64,000 bases of DNA, from the NCBI GenBank assembly GCA_009914755.4, contig CP068257.2:15136001-15200000 (forward strand), in the 5' to 3' direction. The notes beneath the pieces are model-generated. The model had not been told where the DNA came from and made no database searches. It saw only the letters and a list, made by a program, of their open reading frames with translations. Below, one piece after another: positions 28,453-42,244 of the stretch (within the stretch, counting starts at the first letter, position 1; the number at the start of each line of letters is the position of its first letter). This DNA comes from the human T2T-CHM13v2.0 reference genome, Homo sapiens. The position numbers were made by a program, and so were the translations under genes.

Positions 28453-31341
28453 TGGAACAACCATAATTTTTATACATGGCAGGTAGAACACTGGCAATTT
28501 CTTATAAAATTAAACCTCCACTGGCCCTATAATTTGTGGTTCCATTCTTTGGTATTTAATGAAGTAAATAAAAACATATATCAACTAAAAGTTTCTAGAA
28601 GAATATTTGTAGGACCCTTATTCTTTGTAGCTCAAAGCTCAAAACAACACAGATGTTCCTCAACAGAAAAATGAATAAACAAATATTTGTGTAATGGAAT
28701 ATTACTCAGTAACAAAAAGAATGAACTATGATACATGCAAGAACTTAGATAATTCCAAAAATATTTTATTTATATTAATTTCTAGAACAGAACAAATTCA
28801 TCATTATAAGAATCAGGTAACAATCGCCTCTGAGGAATTAATTGACTGGGAAGTGAAGGGAAGAACATTTCTGGGTTGATAGAAATGTTCTATCTTGATA
28901 GGAATGTGGATAACACAGTTGTATGTATTTGTAATACACTCTAGAAATATATACATTTGTCTTATCATACACAATGCACTATAGATTAGTGGATTACTGT
29001 ATTCCACTGTATAAAATTTTTACCTCAAAAAATAAGTAGAATTATATATCAGGAAGCTACTAACAGGCAGCACATGGCAGAATTTCTGGGAGGTCAGAAG
29101 CAAATTACAAATTGGTTGTTTGTAGTGACTACACAACTCAGTTTTGTCTTCTCTTCCTCCTTATAGAATGTTTCTCTTTTTCTTGTCAGTTAGCAGATAA
29201 ATATTTAATGAGCGTCCATTATATTCTAGGCACCATAATCTCAGTTTCTCTACATCTGACATGTCATGGCAGCTAGCTAGCTAGTTAGTTAAGTTATAAA
29301 TTTGAAATTAATGTTCCCTTTTCTTTATAATTTTTAAGAATGTGGGAAAAATTGATATAAAAAAACAGCTGTTGGAAAATTTTCTGTCAGTGATGAACTG
29401 GTGGTGGGGAAAGTTTTTGTTTGGGAAATTCTTAGTCCTCATGAAAAAATTGAAGGTTTGTATTCTTCAAGTTGAATCTTTTCCAACTCTCAAAGAGTTT
29501 CATGGAAATACACACACACTAAAAGGACAAATTCAGGGTAGAGTTTTACTTTACTGTATCTTGTAGATCATGCCTTGCTGGCTGTTTAAGCATCATCTGA
29601 AGAGTTTGATAAATATGCAGATTTTTGAGTCCTAATTTTGGAAATTCTATTTTAGCAAAGCTATACAGCCAGGTTCTTAAAATATCATTATAGACAACCG
29701 GGTTCTAGAAATACATACACAAAAACTCTATGAGGAAGAGACAGTATATACGAGGGATCATCATAGGCAAAATGAAAAAAAAAAAAGATGGCTGTATGAG
29801 TGATTCCCCTTACACCTCCCTCTTGGTTCTAATTTTGTCTTCACCACAGCCTCCAGGGGCACAGAGTTGGCTCTGTGTTACAAGACCCAGAAATAAGCAA
29901 AACCCCTTTCCCACCTTGCAAGCGGCAAGTTATTTTCAAATTTTAGCTTTTTCTTTGCTAAGAACCCAGGAGAAAGTAAAAGAAAATGCAAAATTAGAAA
30001 AGGCTTAGCCTAATAAAATACAGATTTCTGAGCCAAACATAGTCAAATTGAAACCATAAGTTAGCTGGTCCAATTTACTGACATTCAGGTCAGTTTGCTC
30101 AACTTCCTCCAACACATTCTACTGATTAGAGATTCATCTGGGTTTAGGGGTAAAAAACCAAAAACCTCCATTTAAACTTATAAATTACTTCTCAGGAAGG
30201 TTAAGTTGATCATAAATTTTAGTCAGATAATCTTATGTTTTTTTGTTTTGGTTTGGTTTTTGTTTCTATCTAATACAAAGCTACAAAAATGATGGACATT
30301 TAAGGGATGGGAGAAGAACTGAAATTACAATTTTTGAGCAAGAAACATAGGGAAACAAGTCAGCATCTGAACTTTTAGCAGCTCCTTGCATGCGCATGCT
30401 GCAGGCCCCAAGTGCCCTTCACAAATCAATCAATCCTTCTTTTATCACTCAGAGTTTCTCTCTAGGTCCCCACCTTCAGAAACTATCCCTCTATTCTCCT
30501 GGCTTTTTTCTTCTCTTTGCGTGGTCCCCTCTGAACCTTGACTCAATTGGCCAATCCTTGACTTGGCCATACCTTACTCTTCTGTAGGTTCCCTCCCATT
30601 TGATTGTCTTCAATCCCTACACTCTGGCTTCTTCCCTCATCTTGATCTAGACTCAAAAACACTGCCCCTATGCTCCGGGGCTCCTTCTTCTCTGAAAGTT
30701 GACATCAAATGCATGAGGGGATAAATGTAGAATTCAATGCCCTGATATGGTCAGAAGCCCTATCAGGGCATTGAGAATAGATAAATATTATTTATCTGTT
30801 TACACATTTTCACACAATTTTGGCCCTATGCTATGGACTTCTCACTCTACAGTCTAGGTTCAGCACTATCTCTTTCATTCTCTTATTTTTTCTTGAAAAT
30901 GAATATCATGACCTATGACTCCCAATAGCTATCTTCCTATTGCTGATAGAATTATTTGCTGACAAATTATTTGGATGACTTTACATCCAAAGCATATGTT
31001 TTCTTTTTCCAGCCTCTTACACATTGCCATCTGGTGTCTGTTCCTGCCTTATCTCCATCTACATGATCTCTTAGACCTCTTTGATGCATTAAAAAATATA
31101 AAGCCTGCTTTATTAAAGACCATGAAACCCTTTCAGTAAACTTACCTCCTTCCTAGTTTGCTTAAACCAAGTGGAGCAGGATTATATTATGAAGAAAAGT
31201 AGTACCAGTAAGACTAGGTACAAATTGGAAAGCAGCTGCCCTCCCAATTCAAGGTAACATACTTTTATTGTGGCCTTTCTGTGTCCCAGAGATTTTGTTT
31301 AAATGCTAGATAAACAAGTTAGGGGAAAAAGATAAATTGTT

Positions 31342-31392
31342 GAATTCTTGAATGATTGAGAAATTCTTGAATGATTGAGAATTTCTTGAAAA
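31342..31392 (+). repeat. Small tandem repeat, ~2.7 copies of a 19-20 bp unit (attcttgaatgattgagaa).
   Basis: gaattcttgaatgattgagaaattcttgaatgattgagaatttcttgaaaag. Confidence 0.6.
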
Positions 31393-32199
31393 GAACATGA
31401 AATTCTAAGGAAAGCTTTATCTGGGTGAACCTGAGTTCTAAAACTCCATTTGCAAAGACCTAACAGAAATATCTTGCCATAATCTTAATATCAACAAAAC
31501 TAAACTCACTAGTCTATTTTTAATTGTCCCTGAAAAACGACATTTTATGTTTCAGTCATCCAGCTCCCTTATTAATACTTTTATTCCTTTTTTACATTGC
31601 TTCATGTACAATCAACAAGCTTTTCCTTTTTTGAGGTCTACATACTGGACTGTTAATACCTGTCATAGAATTTATTTATTGAGCTGAATTTTGCTTCATA
31701 AGCCTACATAACAATGCTATGGCATCATTAATGTTGGAAAACTAAAATTTAAGATAAAATCAATAGAAAATACTAATTGGGATAGTTCATGTTGAAAAAG
31801 GAAAAATTCTGCCTATGAAAAAAATTAAAGAATTGTAAAACTTTTTGAACCTAACAAAGGGGAAATTAACATTTTTACAATTATAATAAAAAATTTAAGC
31901 ATACTTTTCCCCAAAACTAACATAAAATAAACCAAAACCCAGCAAGACAAAGAAAAATTTGCATAACATAAATAATACAGTATTTAAAAGGTAACGTATA
32001 TTCAGTTGTAACCCACTTGCAATATTTACCAAAAAAATAAAAATACAGAGGTTACAAAGCAATGCTCTCAAAGTGAAAATGAATAAAACCATTTCATGCA
32101 TACTGACTATATTTACTACTAAAGCAAAGAAATCATAAAATTCAATAACCTTTCAAGTGAAACAAACCAAATCAAAACAAAAAAATATTTTAGCAAACT

Positions 32200-33600
32200 G
32201 GAAGGATAATAAAACTCTTTTATTCTGATACTGCATGTTAATTGGAAGCCCATCATGAATATCATCCTTCAAACTGCTAATAAATAACATTACACACTTT
32301 CCTGCTAAAGTCAGAAAGTTATAATTTATGTTATTACTACTACTATCTATCACTATACTATAGGTCTTAGCCAATGCAATAAGAGGTTTTTTTAGAAAAT
32401 TAGATTGGAAAGACAGAATTTTAAGCTATTATGAATAGTTGTAAGAGGGAAAACTAGAGTATTTATAATAGTACCAATAAGGGAATTTAGCAATATACCC
32501 AGATTGAAATACAATGTATAAACATTAATAGCTTTTCTAAATCCTGCCAATGTAAGACAGGAACAATTATTTTCAAAATAATAACAGCAAATATAAAATA
32601 CTTAAGATTATACCTTATAACAAAGATTTCAAAATAATGAGTAAAGTGTTCACCTCATAGCAGATAAAACTCAGGAGGGTAAATTATCAGCAAATGACTT
32701 TAAAAGATACACTAAAATCTATGAAATTAAAAAATCAAAGATAACCAAAAAGTTAAGCTGAGTTCTTTGAAAAGTTTAAATTAATAATGCAAAAATGAGG
32801 TAACACTGATATAGAAAAAATAAGAGAATGCTTAAATAAAATACTAAGAATGAGAAAGAGATATAGCTAGAGATGGAATAGACATTTTAAAATCACAAGA
32901 GACTATTTTGACTTCTAAAGAGAAAATTGTAGAAGTTTACTCAATAGCATAATCACTCCTGAATAAATGAAGAGAGATCGTTGCGGATGAGAAGTCTCGA
33001 CATGTTTTTTTTTCTTATTTAATATAAAAATTCTTTGCAATGTAAATCAATATCCAATAGGATTTTATAGCATTTTGTAGGCTGATTATAAATTTCATGT
33101 AAAAGATACATTTTCAGGAATAGATAATAGCTGTCTGAAGATGAACAGAAAGGAAAACATGTCCTACCAGATGTAAAATCTTAAAAAGCATATGTCTTAA
33201 AGAACTGCAATGTTGACATAGGATAGGCAACAAAATCTGTAAAACTAAATGTAACATTCAGAAGGGGACCTGTAGGAATAATTGAATATTTAGAAAAAAA
33301 TGACATTTCAAATCAGCGAAGAAAAGAAAAACAACTCAATAAATGGTCTTAGAGTTTTGGGATAAATATTTAGAAAGATAAGTTAAATTTCATTTTACAG
33401 TCATCACAAAAAATAAATTCTAGATTAATCCAATAAACATAAAAGAAAGTTCTACAGGGTTATAAGAAAATATAGCACAATGCTTTCTTTGGTGCAATGT
33501 GGGGCAGTTAGGTAAATAAGACAACAAAGCCAAATTTATAAATAAAAATATTGATGCATTAACTAAATCAAAATTAATAGCAGGAGTTCCATTGCTAAAT
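32200..33600 (+). mobile_element. Highly degenerate ancient L1 ORF2-derived sequence (L1M/HAL1-like).
   Basis: 32740-32990 (…gagttctttgaaaagtttaa…aaatactaagaatgagaaagagatatagctagagatggaatagacattttaaaatcacaagagactattttgac…) parallels L1 ORF2 (…agagttggttctttgaaaagataaacaaaattgac…aaaatcagaaatgaaagaggagacattacaactgataccacagaaatacaaaggatcataagagactactatgaac). Confidence 0.3.
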
Positions 33601-34379
33601 GATATTTAAATGTCACTAGTAAAGCTAAATGGTAAGCAAACACAGAGAAAATATTTGTAATTTTTATGATGCTAAAGCATCGAAAGCAGTACTTTTCAAA
33701 CTCTCCATGGTGGAGGGCCAACTTTTTTTTCTATTTTTAATCTTTTATGGGCCAATACATTTATATAATACAATAAAAATGAATTACCAGAAAAATAAAA
33801 TTAAAAGAACATATAACATGTAAGTCCTTTTCTTACATGAGATTGAATAGTAATAAAATTACTCAGTCCACCTACTTTCAATTTCTCTGCCTACCTTGTA
33901 GTGGACCAGCAATAACCCATCGGTGGAGCAACACAGATCCACTGAAGACACCATGAGCTAAGCGGATCATAAGATGTCCCACAAATCAGTATGAAAATGG
34001 CAAAAAATCAAACACAAAAACACGTAATTTTTACTTCATCTTATGCTCTGGGGAGAAAATTGCACACATGCAGCAAGAGATACTCATAAGGATATCCATA
34101 TCATGATTGTTTATAAAAGCAAGAAATTGAAGGAAAAAGTCCATCTCCTAATCCTTGCTCTAAAAAACACTTCAGTATTTAACTCTGCTGTCACTTTCCT
34201 GGTCTAAGTGAGCTCCTGAAATAACCTAACTCTAACGCTAACCCTTACATAAATGTCTGCTGCTCTTCCACCATCCAGTCTTTCCCTACGCATTAGCTAG
34301 AGTCTTCTCTCAGCATGTAAACAGGATGCCTCACACTCTCCTGAAAACCTTCAGTGGTTTCATTTTACACTGACATTAA

Positions 34380-34860
34380 AATTCAAATTATTTACAACTC
34401 CTTGTGTCTTCTGGCCTCTGCCTGCCTCTTACATTTGATCTTTAAGCCATGCTTTCCTTTACTAACTATTCCCCATATACACTGACCTTTCAGTTTCTGC
34501 TCTGAAATTCTGTTCCTCGCATTTTATCCTGGCTAGTTCCTTCACATGCTTTTGTCCTCAAACTCAAATGTCATTGCTTTATATTGCTTTCCATTGACCC
34601 AACCAATCCAAATTAGGCATATCTCTACAGCCTGCTTTTCTTTATAAAACTCAGTTCTTTTCTACATTCGGTTTTGTGCTTCTTCTGCCTCCCATACTAA
34701 CTACACTGGGGGCTACAAAAAAGTAGAGAGTGACTTCTCTATTCCCATAACCTGGCTCAGTGGTCAGCAGCTAGCAGGTGCTCAATATGTATTAATTAAT
34801 TAAATAATTGAGTAAATGAGAAACGGAGGTTAAGAGAGGAGCTCAAAGCTAAGAAAAGAA
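34380..34860 (+). other. Ancient SINE/MIR-like interspersed repeat remnant.
   Basis: It ends with the typical …cagcaggtgctcaatatgtattaattaattaaataattgagtaaatga motif (compare gtaggtgctcaataaatatttgttgaatgaatgaa). It is preceded by a …cctcaaactcaaatgtcattgctttatattgctttccattgacccaaccaatccaaattagg block reminiscent of old SINE/LINE 3' tails. The family is not resolved. Confidence 0.25.
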
Positions 34861-36597
34861 GAAAGGGATTGTGAGAGGAGAGAATAAAGACAAAATAATG
34901 AAGAAAAGAAAAGAAAAGAAAAATTGTGTTGAATTTGAAAAATAAAAACAATAAAGATAAATTTGGAAAAATTATAGTACTCGACTTAGTTAACAGCAAT
35001 GAAAATATTTTGTAGATAAATATGTCATGTCATAATTCCATAACTGCCCTTCTTTCAGAATTATAAAGACAAGATAGCATCCTAAAATCTTTTTTCTAAA
35101 TATATAACTATTCCTACTATATCATACATCAATACATTATTTAAATACAAAAAAATTGATTTATTTGCATCGTACTTTCTCACAGTAGAATAAATGGAAT
35201 TTTACATTCTCTAGGAACTTTTTTGAACCACTCAAAGAATTTCACTTTCTTGGATGTGAGGTGAGACCAGGTGGTTCCTGAGTAGATTTAAAAAAATGCT
35301 AGAAAAGAATAAAAAGAGAGAAGAAACCAGAAACTTGAGTTTGTAATTTACTTGTGAAATGATATAAATAATGGTAATGTGCCCTGTTGTTCCCGCAGGC
35401 ACCATTTGGAGCCTGAGAATGGAGACCCAAATAATTGTTCTTTGTGGGCACATAAAGTGAGTTTTTCTTCCTTACCCGTCTTTTTGTTGTGTATCTATCA
35501 GTCAGTGTTCAGTTGCAGGTAAAGAAAAGAATCTACTCTAGCTAGTTTAAACAGAAAGGGTTTATTTAAGGGCATTAAATATCACACAGGATCATTAGGA
35601 GAACTAAAGATCCTAATTCTTGTTTGAGTTTTCAGGAATCATTCATGAGGCTACATTGCAAAATTGGGCTATCAAGGGAGCTACAGTTCCTGCCACAGTC
35701 CTGTAAAAGGAGAAAACTGCATGTGAAATCAGAAAAATGTTGCTACAACCTTTTATCAATTCCAGAACCACATTGCATTTATCATGGATACCATGGATTT
35801 GATACCCTGACTCCCTAGTCACATGACTGTGTGAAATAAAAATTTTGTGCTGGTTCATCTTATCAAAAGACTATAAATCATATCTAGAACACTAGCCACA
35901 ATAATGTCGAGGAAATGTTGTTTGTTGTTTATTTTTGTTTGTTTCATACGCTAAAAGGGTGTTGGAATGCCTGTTGAGCAAGTCATTTATAGTACCTGTC
36001 ATATACAGGATGTGCACCTGTTCCTTTCTACCAGTTAAGTGAGAATAGATATGTGAATTAAGATAGTAACAGTGAGGATATGGAAATTCTAAGAGATATT
36101 TAATATGTTTCTGTTTGGGCTAATAAGAAAATGTAGGTATTATTTTAGAGATTCAGGTGGATCCTATATATCGTTATTGAACTACGTTATTGATTAAAAT
36201 ACCAATAATTTCTTGGATTTTTACAGAAAATATGAAGCTTCTAACAAGTTAGTTTAAAATAATTAAGCCTTGACTCTATTGATGCTTTGAGTCAGATAAT
36301 TCTTTCTTGTAGGAGGCTACCCTGAGTATTGTGTGTAGGTATTTAGCAGCACAAATGGCCTCTACCTACTAAATGTCTATACCACGTCTTTTCTTCAGAT
36401 GTGACAATAAAAAATGTCCCAGATGTTGCCAAGTGCATGATTGTGTCCAGGTTTGAGTCACTAGTTTAGATGATCACATAAGGGGAAGAGTCCAAATCTT
36501 GCTTTTAAAAAATAGAAACGAAAAATAACAACTTCCAGAATACATAACTATTTCTTTTATTATAATTTTCTGTTTTTCAATTTTAGAAGTATATTTT

Positions 36598-36909
36598 CTG
36601 TTTTTTTTGTTTGTTTGTTTTGTTTTTTGAGACGGAGTTTTGCTCTTATTGCCCAGGCTGGTGTGCAATGGTGCGACCTTGGCTCACTGCAACCTCTGCC
36701 TCCAGATACAAGCTATTCTCTTGCTTCAGCCTCCCGAGTAACTGGGATTACAAATGTCCGCAACCTCACTTGGCTAATTTTTTGTATGTTTAGTAGAGAC
36801 AGGGTTTCACCATGTTGGCCAGGTTGGTCTTGAACTCCTGAATTCAGGCGGTCCACCCACCTCGGCCTGTCAAAGGCTGGGATTACAGGTGTAGCCACCA
36901 CGTCCGGCC
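36598..36909 (-). mobile_element. Alu SINE (AluS-like), minus orientation, flanked by a ~10 bp target-site duplication tagaagtata.
   Basis: ttttttttgtttgtttgttttgttttttgagacggagttttgctcttattgcccaggctggtgtgcaatggtgcgaccttggctcactgcaacctctgcctcc…ggctgggattacaggtgtagccaccacgtccggcc. The flanks are …tttagaagtatattttctg|(Alu)|tagaagtataagtat…. Confidence 0.9.
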
Positions 36910-36912
36910 TAG

Positions 36913-37230
<318 letters not shown>

Positions 37231-37722
37231 TGGATATCCTATTTTCTATACGTTTAAAAATTATATAATTTTTATATTTCGTTAATATTTTTAATTTATT
37301 GCATTTTCCCATTTTTATTGCTTAATTTCATTTTTAATATTCATTACTTAATTTCAGCAGGTTTTATAATTTCAAGAAACTAAAATTATCACTTACTTGT
37401 AAATATACCCCACTTTCTCACAAAAATAAATCTAGAAATCTAGACATTAGAAAAACATGGTGAAACACTTATTCTATTTCTCACAAATGTGGGAAAAATA
37501 TTTATTCATTAATATCACCTTTGCTGTAGTAGTGACAATGAGGTAAATTGTATTTCTAATTCCATCTTCTGTTGTTAGTTCCAAGTCAGGATCTTTCTCT
37601 ATCCTTAAAAAACTGAGATTGAGGCTCTCAAAGTTTTCTGCCTCAAATTCCTTTAATTAGTGATAATGGCCCCAGATGGCTGGGTATTTTTCGTGGAATG
37701 AGGGGGTTTCGAAACAAGTTTC

Positions 37723-38019
37723 AGTCAGGTGCAGTGGCTCACGTCTGTACTCCCAGCACTTTAGGATGCTGAGGTGGGCAGATCACTTGAGCTCAGGAGT
37801 TGAAGACTAGCCAGGGCAACATAGGGAGATCCCGTTTCTGCAAAAACTAATAATAATAAAAAGCCCGGAGTAGTGGTTCCTGCCTGTACTGCCAGCTACT
37901 CAGGAGGCTAAGGTCGGAGAATTGCTTGCCCAGGGAGGTCTAGGCTGCGGTGAGCCGTGATCACGCCACTGCCCTTCAGCCAGAGCAACAGAGTGAGACT
38001 CTGTCTCAAGAAAAAAAGG
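37723..38019 (+). mobile_element. Alu SINE, plus orientation, with an A-rich degenerate tail and a likely target-site duplication (c)gaaacaag.
   Basis: agtcaggtgcagtggctcacgtctgtactcccagcactttaggatgctgaggtgggcagatcacttgagctcaggagttgaagactagccagggcaacatagggagatcccgtttctgcaaaaactaataataataaaaagcccggagtagtggttcctgcctgtactgccagctactcaggaggctaaggtcggagaattgcttgcccagggaggtctaggctgcggtgagccgtgatcacgccactgcccttcagccagagcaacagagtgagactctgtctcaagaaaaaaagg. gaaacaag occurs at 37711-37718 and again at 38035-38042. Confidence 0.9.
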
Positions 38020-38373
38020 AAGAGAAAGAATGAACGAAACAAGCTCCTCCATGAAAGGGTTTTCAGTTTCTCGACTGTGGTTGCATGTGACAGTGTCTTC
38101 AATATCACATACTAATGTCTAGAACTCATCCATAGAGAATTTGATTTAATATGCCTGAGTGGGGCTGGCCATAGGTATTATTTTAGACCTCTCTGGATGA
38201 GTCTAATAATTGAGAAACATTGCTGGAAGGAAATACTGTTCAACTATGATCAAGCTATATATAGTTTTTGAAAAACTCTCAGATAATTTTCATATATCAT
38301 TTTTAAATGGACATGTTCTTAACAGTTACAAAGCACATCCTGAAAATTAATTATTCATGATCCAAGAGTCAGT

Positions 38374-38420
38374 TTCTCTCTCTCTCTCTCTCTTTTGCTC
38401 ATTCTTTCTCTCTCTCTCCC
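38374..38420. repeat. (CT)n / (TC)n microsatellite, interrupted.
   Basis: gtttctctctctctctctctcttttgctcattctttctctctctctccctg. Confidence 0.9.
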
Positions 38421-40079
38421 TGCTTCCTCTGCTTCACCTCAGAAACGCTTAACAGGTACCTCCCAATGCAGAGTTGGGAAGATTTTGTGTGGAATAGGAT
38501 GCTTTCTTTAACATTAGAACTAAATCTGGAAAAACGATGTCCAGTGTCATTTTCAACTGGAAATTTTCTGAAAGAATATGGAGCCAACAGACAAACCTGT
38601 GGTGAGGAAGATAGCTTTACGTGAGTCTTCCCATTCACAAATCCATCCAAGACACTGCATTCTTTCTGCCTTACTAGCTTATGTAGCCTAGACAGTAAAG
38701 GTCACTCTGAGAGCCCAACTTTACTAGCTGCTATGCCAGCTCCCAATCCCATTTTATGTTTGCTCCAGATTACAAAACTACTTCCTTGCAGCGTTGTATG
38801 ACTACAAAAATTTGGTTAATATTTCTGCATCTTTTATCTCATCCATAAGATGAAGTAAATAGACTTGAGAGGCTTTAAAATCTACTCTTGCTCCAATAAT
38901 TTATTTCCTTCTTTGCAAGACATTTGGCAAAGTGTTTAATTACTGTTAGGAGCTTTAAAACTCCAACGGTATATTTTAAATTAAATAAAAATGTTTTGGA
39001 TATTTCTTTGTTTTCAGTCAATCATGAACCCTCCTCTTCTCTTTCTCTTCTGTTTTTTCTTGGCATTTCCTCTTCTGAGATCGATAAGGTGATAGATTAT
39101 TATCTTTCTATAGACAGAAATTGATGGGCTAAGTGTGAAGCACAGAAGATAGGGAATAACAAATTAAGTAATAGAGAAAAGAGAGAGGAGGAAGTGAGAT
39201 CATAGATCCAAATGCTCATGACTTTTAAAGATGGGAACCTGTGATAATGAGGTGTCAGCAAGGTAAACTAGGTAAGTACTAAACTTAGAGGATTCTGGTT
39301 ACATCGATCGGCCTTGTAGTTTGTAAGTATATTGCATACTTTCTACCAGTCCCCAACCACAGAAGGCTGCCACATACTCTCCTTCTCCTTTGACAACTCC
39401 CCTTAGGCCTTCTCCTCCTACAGAGAGTCATGAGTTATAACCCCAAAGCCCCTGCACAGACGTCTCTCACCCCCACTGTGGGCAGGTGCCATCATTCAAA
39501 ATATACACAGATTCCATGGAGAAAACATATTATGACAGCATCACAATCGATCTCCTTACTCCTCAAGAAGTTATATCCAAGTGACCTATATTCATGTACA
39601 AATTAGGTCAGATGGGAAAATGAAAAGTAGTTACAATAAATCACACAGTAAACACAGGAGTTCATAAATAAATAAAACCCGTGATAGGAAACTCAGAGTT
39701 GAAATAAGAATGCCTAATAAATGAAAAAGAAAAGAATAAAAGTTACAATCATAATATAATATAAAACTTTGGGAAAACTGGTGTGAAAAATTTTTTAATA
39801 TCTGTAAATATACCTTTGCCCTGGATAAACTAAATGAGGGAGGTTGCAAAGGGTAACTAAGTGACAGATATTACCTAAATTTAGGGATTGAATAATTCTG
39901 TATTGACTGAATCTTTAAAAAGTAAAGTAATAGCAATAGTAAAAAAAAAAAAGAAAGAAAGAAAGTAATAGTAGTATAGCAAAAAAAGTTCCAATGTGTA
40001 CAAGCAAAAAAAAAAAATCCCTTATTTTAGCCTTTCTTAGTTTCCAGTAGTAACCACTGTTACAAACTGTTGTGATTAT

Positions 40080-40200
40080 ATATAAACACACAGACACACA
40101 TATGTATATACACACATATATATTTCAAATATGTTTATATTTCACATATAGTTATAAATATAGAGCTATATTTGCATGTATAAATGCTCATATACTTTTG
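40080..40200. repeat. (CA)n/(TA)n-rich low-complexity tract.
   Basis: tatataaacacacagacacacatatgtatatacacacatatatatttcaaatatgtttatatttcacatatagttataaatatagagctatatttgcatgtataaatgc. Confidence 0.6.
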
Positions 40201-40833
40201 ACACAAATGGGTTCAAATTTTACATCTTTATGCACATTCCCCTATTTATTTTTCCACTAGTTACAGTCCTACTTCCTGGTGCTAGGCTTGGCTCCAACAC
40301 TTAATACTTGCATGATCTTAAAATGTGCTTGTTGCTCAAATTCTCTGTGCCTCAGTTTCTCAATAAACAATGGAGATAATAGTAATACTTGACACTTAAA
40401 GTTGCTATTAAGATTAAATGTACTACATTACAAGTCTTAGAATAGTGTTCAAACATCAGAAGTGCTGTGGAACTGTTAGCTTTTATTTTTATTGTCATCA
40501 TCAATATCATCTTCATCATTATACATAGTGGATGGTGTGGTACTTTGCCCAGATCCCCTCTTCATGTTACTTCTGATGACTTACCACCATGCCCCTTACT
40601 GGTAATCACCCTTCACCACAGGGAACAGCCATGCACAAAGTTATGTTCACATTCCAGGGTACATTCCATAGCCAAAGACTGGCTGATGTGGGAATACAAA
40701 TGCTCAGCTGCCCTAGCCACAGTGTGGGTAATTCTGAGGGCCATCCCAGATTCAGAACTCTTTTGTAGGATTATGAGACAACTTTCTTTGCTCAATCCTA
40801 TTTTCTACATTCACTTTATACGTATACATGTAA

Positions 40834-41274
<441 letters not shown>

Positions 41275-42062
41275 TAAAACTTTTTATTTGTATTACCACT
41301 GATCAAGCAGTACTGAAGACACTGCAACTTGTGGATGGTGGTGTATGGATAGCCTGTACTGTGTTGTACCGTTTGGTGTTAAAACTTTCACTGGTGATGA
41401 ACGGGATGTGATACCTGTGAAAGGTGATGCACCACCTAGTGCAATTTCTCTTGGTTGTGTGATATATGAGAAAAATGGTAATTACAAGGTTAATGAAACT
41501 GGGTGACTACTGTTGATTTCCACTGAGTAGTTTAGAGAGATGAATATAGCTTAGCATGATTAATCAACCATTCAAGGCAGAGTGTGAATGACTACGAGTA
41601 GCTTGTAAGTGGCTACATTTAAGAAAACCCTAATCTCCTGTAGCTGGAAGGCAGGGAGAATAAAAGACCACTCTCAGGGCTTAAGTAAAAGTGGAACTTC
41701 AGAGAAAGTTGATGTCTTAGTCCCAGAAGATCTCCTACACCAAGGAATTTATCTTCTAGTTCTGGAAGGAATGGGACTTGAGAATTGTAATGGTGACATC
41801 TAAATGGGTACATTTGAGAATCTTAAACACCCAAATTCCCTTAACCTTTCTGGGTTTGCCAAAGCAGCCTCCTCCTCCCTGTTAGTTGACAACAGTGCTC
41901 CCTTTTCTTCCTCTCACCTGCCGCACTGACTTGAGATCATGCAGAAGTCTCATATAAATCAGAGACATTATAAGACAATGCTTACTCCTTCAGAATATCC
42001 TAACATCCATACCTCTAATAAGGACCAAATTCCAGCACAGTCTAGTTAGGGAGTCATCATGC

Positions 42063-42244
42063 ATTCTCTTCTTTCTTCTTTCTTCTTTCTTCTTCCTTCT
42101 TCCTTCTTCCTTCTTCCTTCTTCCTTCTTCCTTCTTCCTTCTTCTTCTTCTTCTTCTTCTTCTTCTTCTCCTCCTCCTCCTCCTCCTTCTCCTTCTCCTC
42201 CTCCTCCTCCTTCTTCTTCTTATTTTCTTTTCTTTTTCTTTTTT
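42063..42244. repeat. Long polypyrimidine (TTC)n/(CTT)n/(CTC)n tract, i.e. (GAA)n·(TTC)n with GAG/GGA variants, ~180 bp. It is the expanded tail of the adjacent Alu.
   Basis: tcttctttcttctttcttctttcttcttccttcttccttcttccttcttccttcttccttcttccttcttccttcttcttcttcttcttcttcttcttctcctcctcctcctcctccttctccttctcctcctcctcctccttcttcttcttattttcttttctttttcttttttg. ORFs 42059-42355(+; S/P/F-rich) and 42057-42266(-; K/E-rich) are its translations. Confidence 0.95.

Larger units (their letters stand above)
27000..29033 (+). mobile_element. Ancient L1 (L1M-type) 3' portion, comprising the ORF2 C-terminal region and the 3'UTR. It is interrupted by an LTR insertion at 28089-28452.
   Basis: …catcaaaaatttaagaagctccttctccaaaaacatctgc…ggatatataaagacctcttacaactcagtgagaacaacacaagaaccaaaattacttagatgggcataagacttgaatagaaacctcacaatgaagataaggaagatatacgaaggc…tcattaatcatcaaagaaatgcaaatcaaaccacagtgaaatg parallels L1M ORF2 (…cttctccaaagaagacatacaaatggccaacaggtacatgaaaagatgctcaacatcactaatcatcagggaaatgcaaatcaaaaccacaatgag…). 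After the LTR the similarity resumes (…aatgaataaacaaatatttgtgtaatggaatattactcagtaacaaaaagaatgaactatgatacatgc… corresponds to tgaatggataaacaaaatgtggtatatacatacaatggaatattattcagccataaaaaggaatgaagtactgatacatgctac). It ends …tttttacctcaaaaaataag. Confidence 0.6.
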
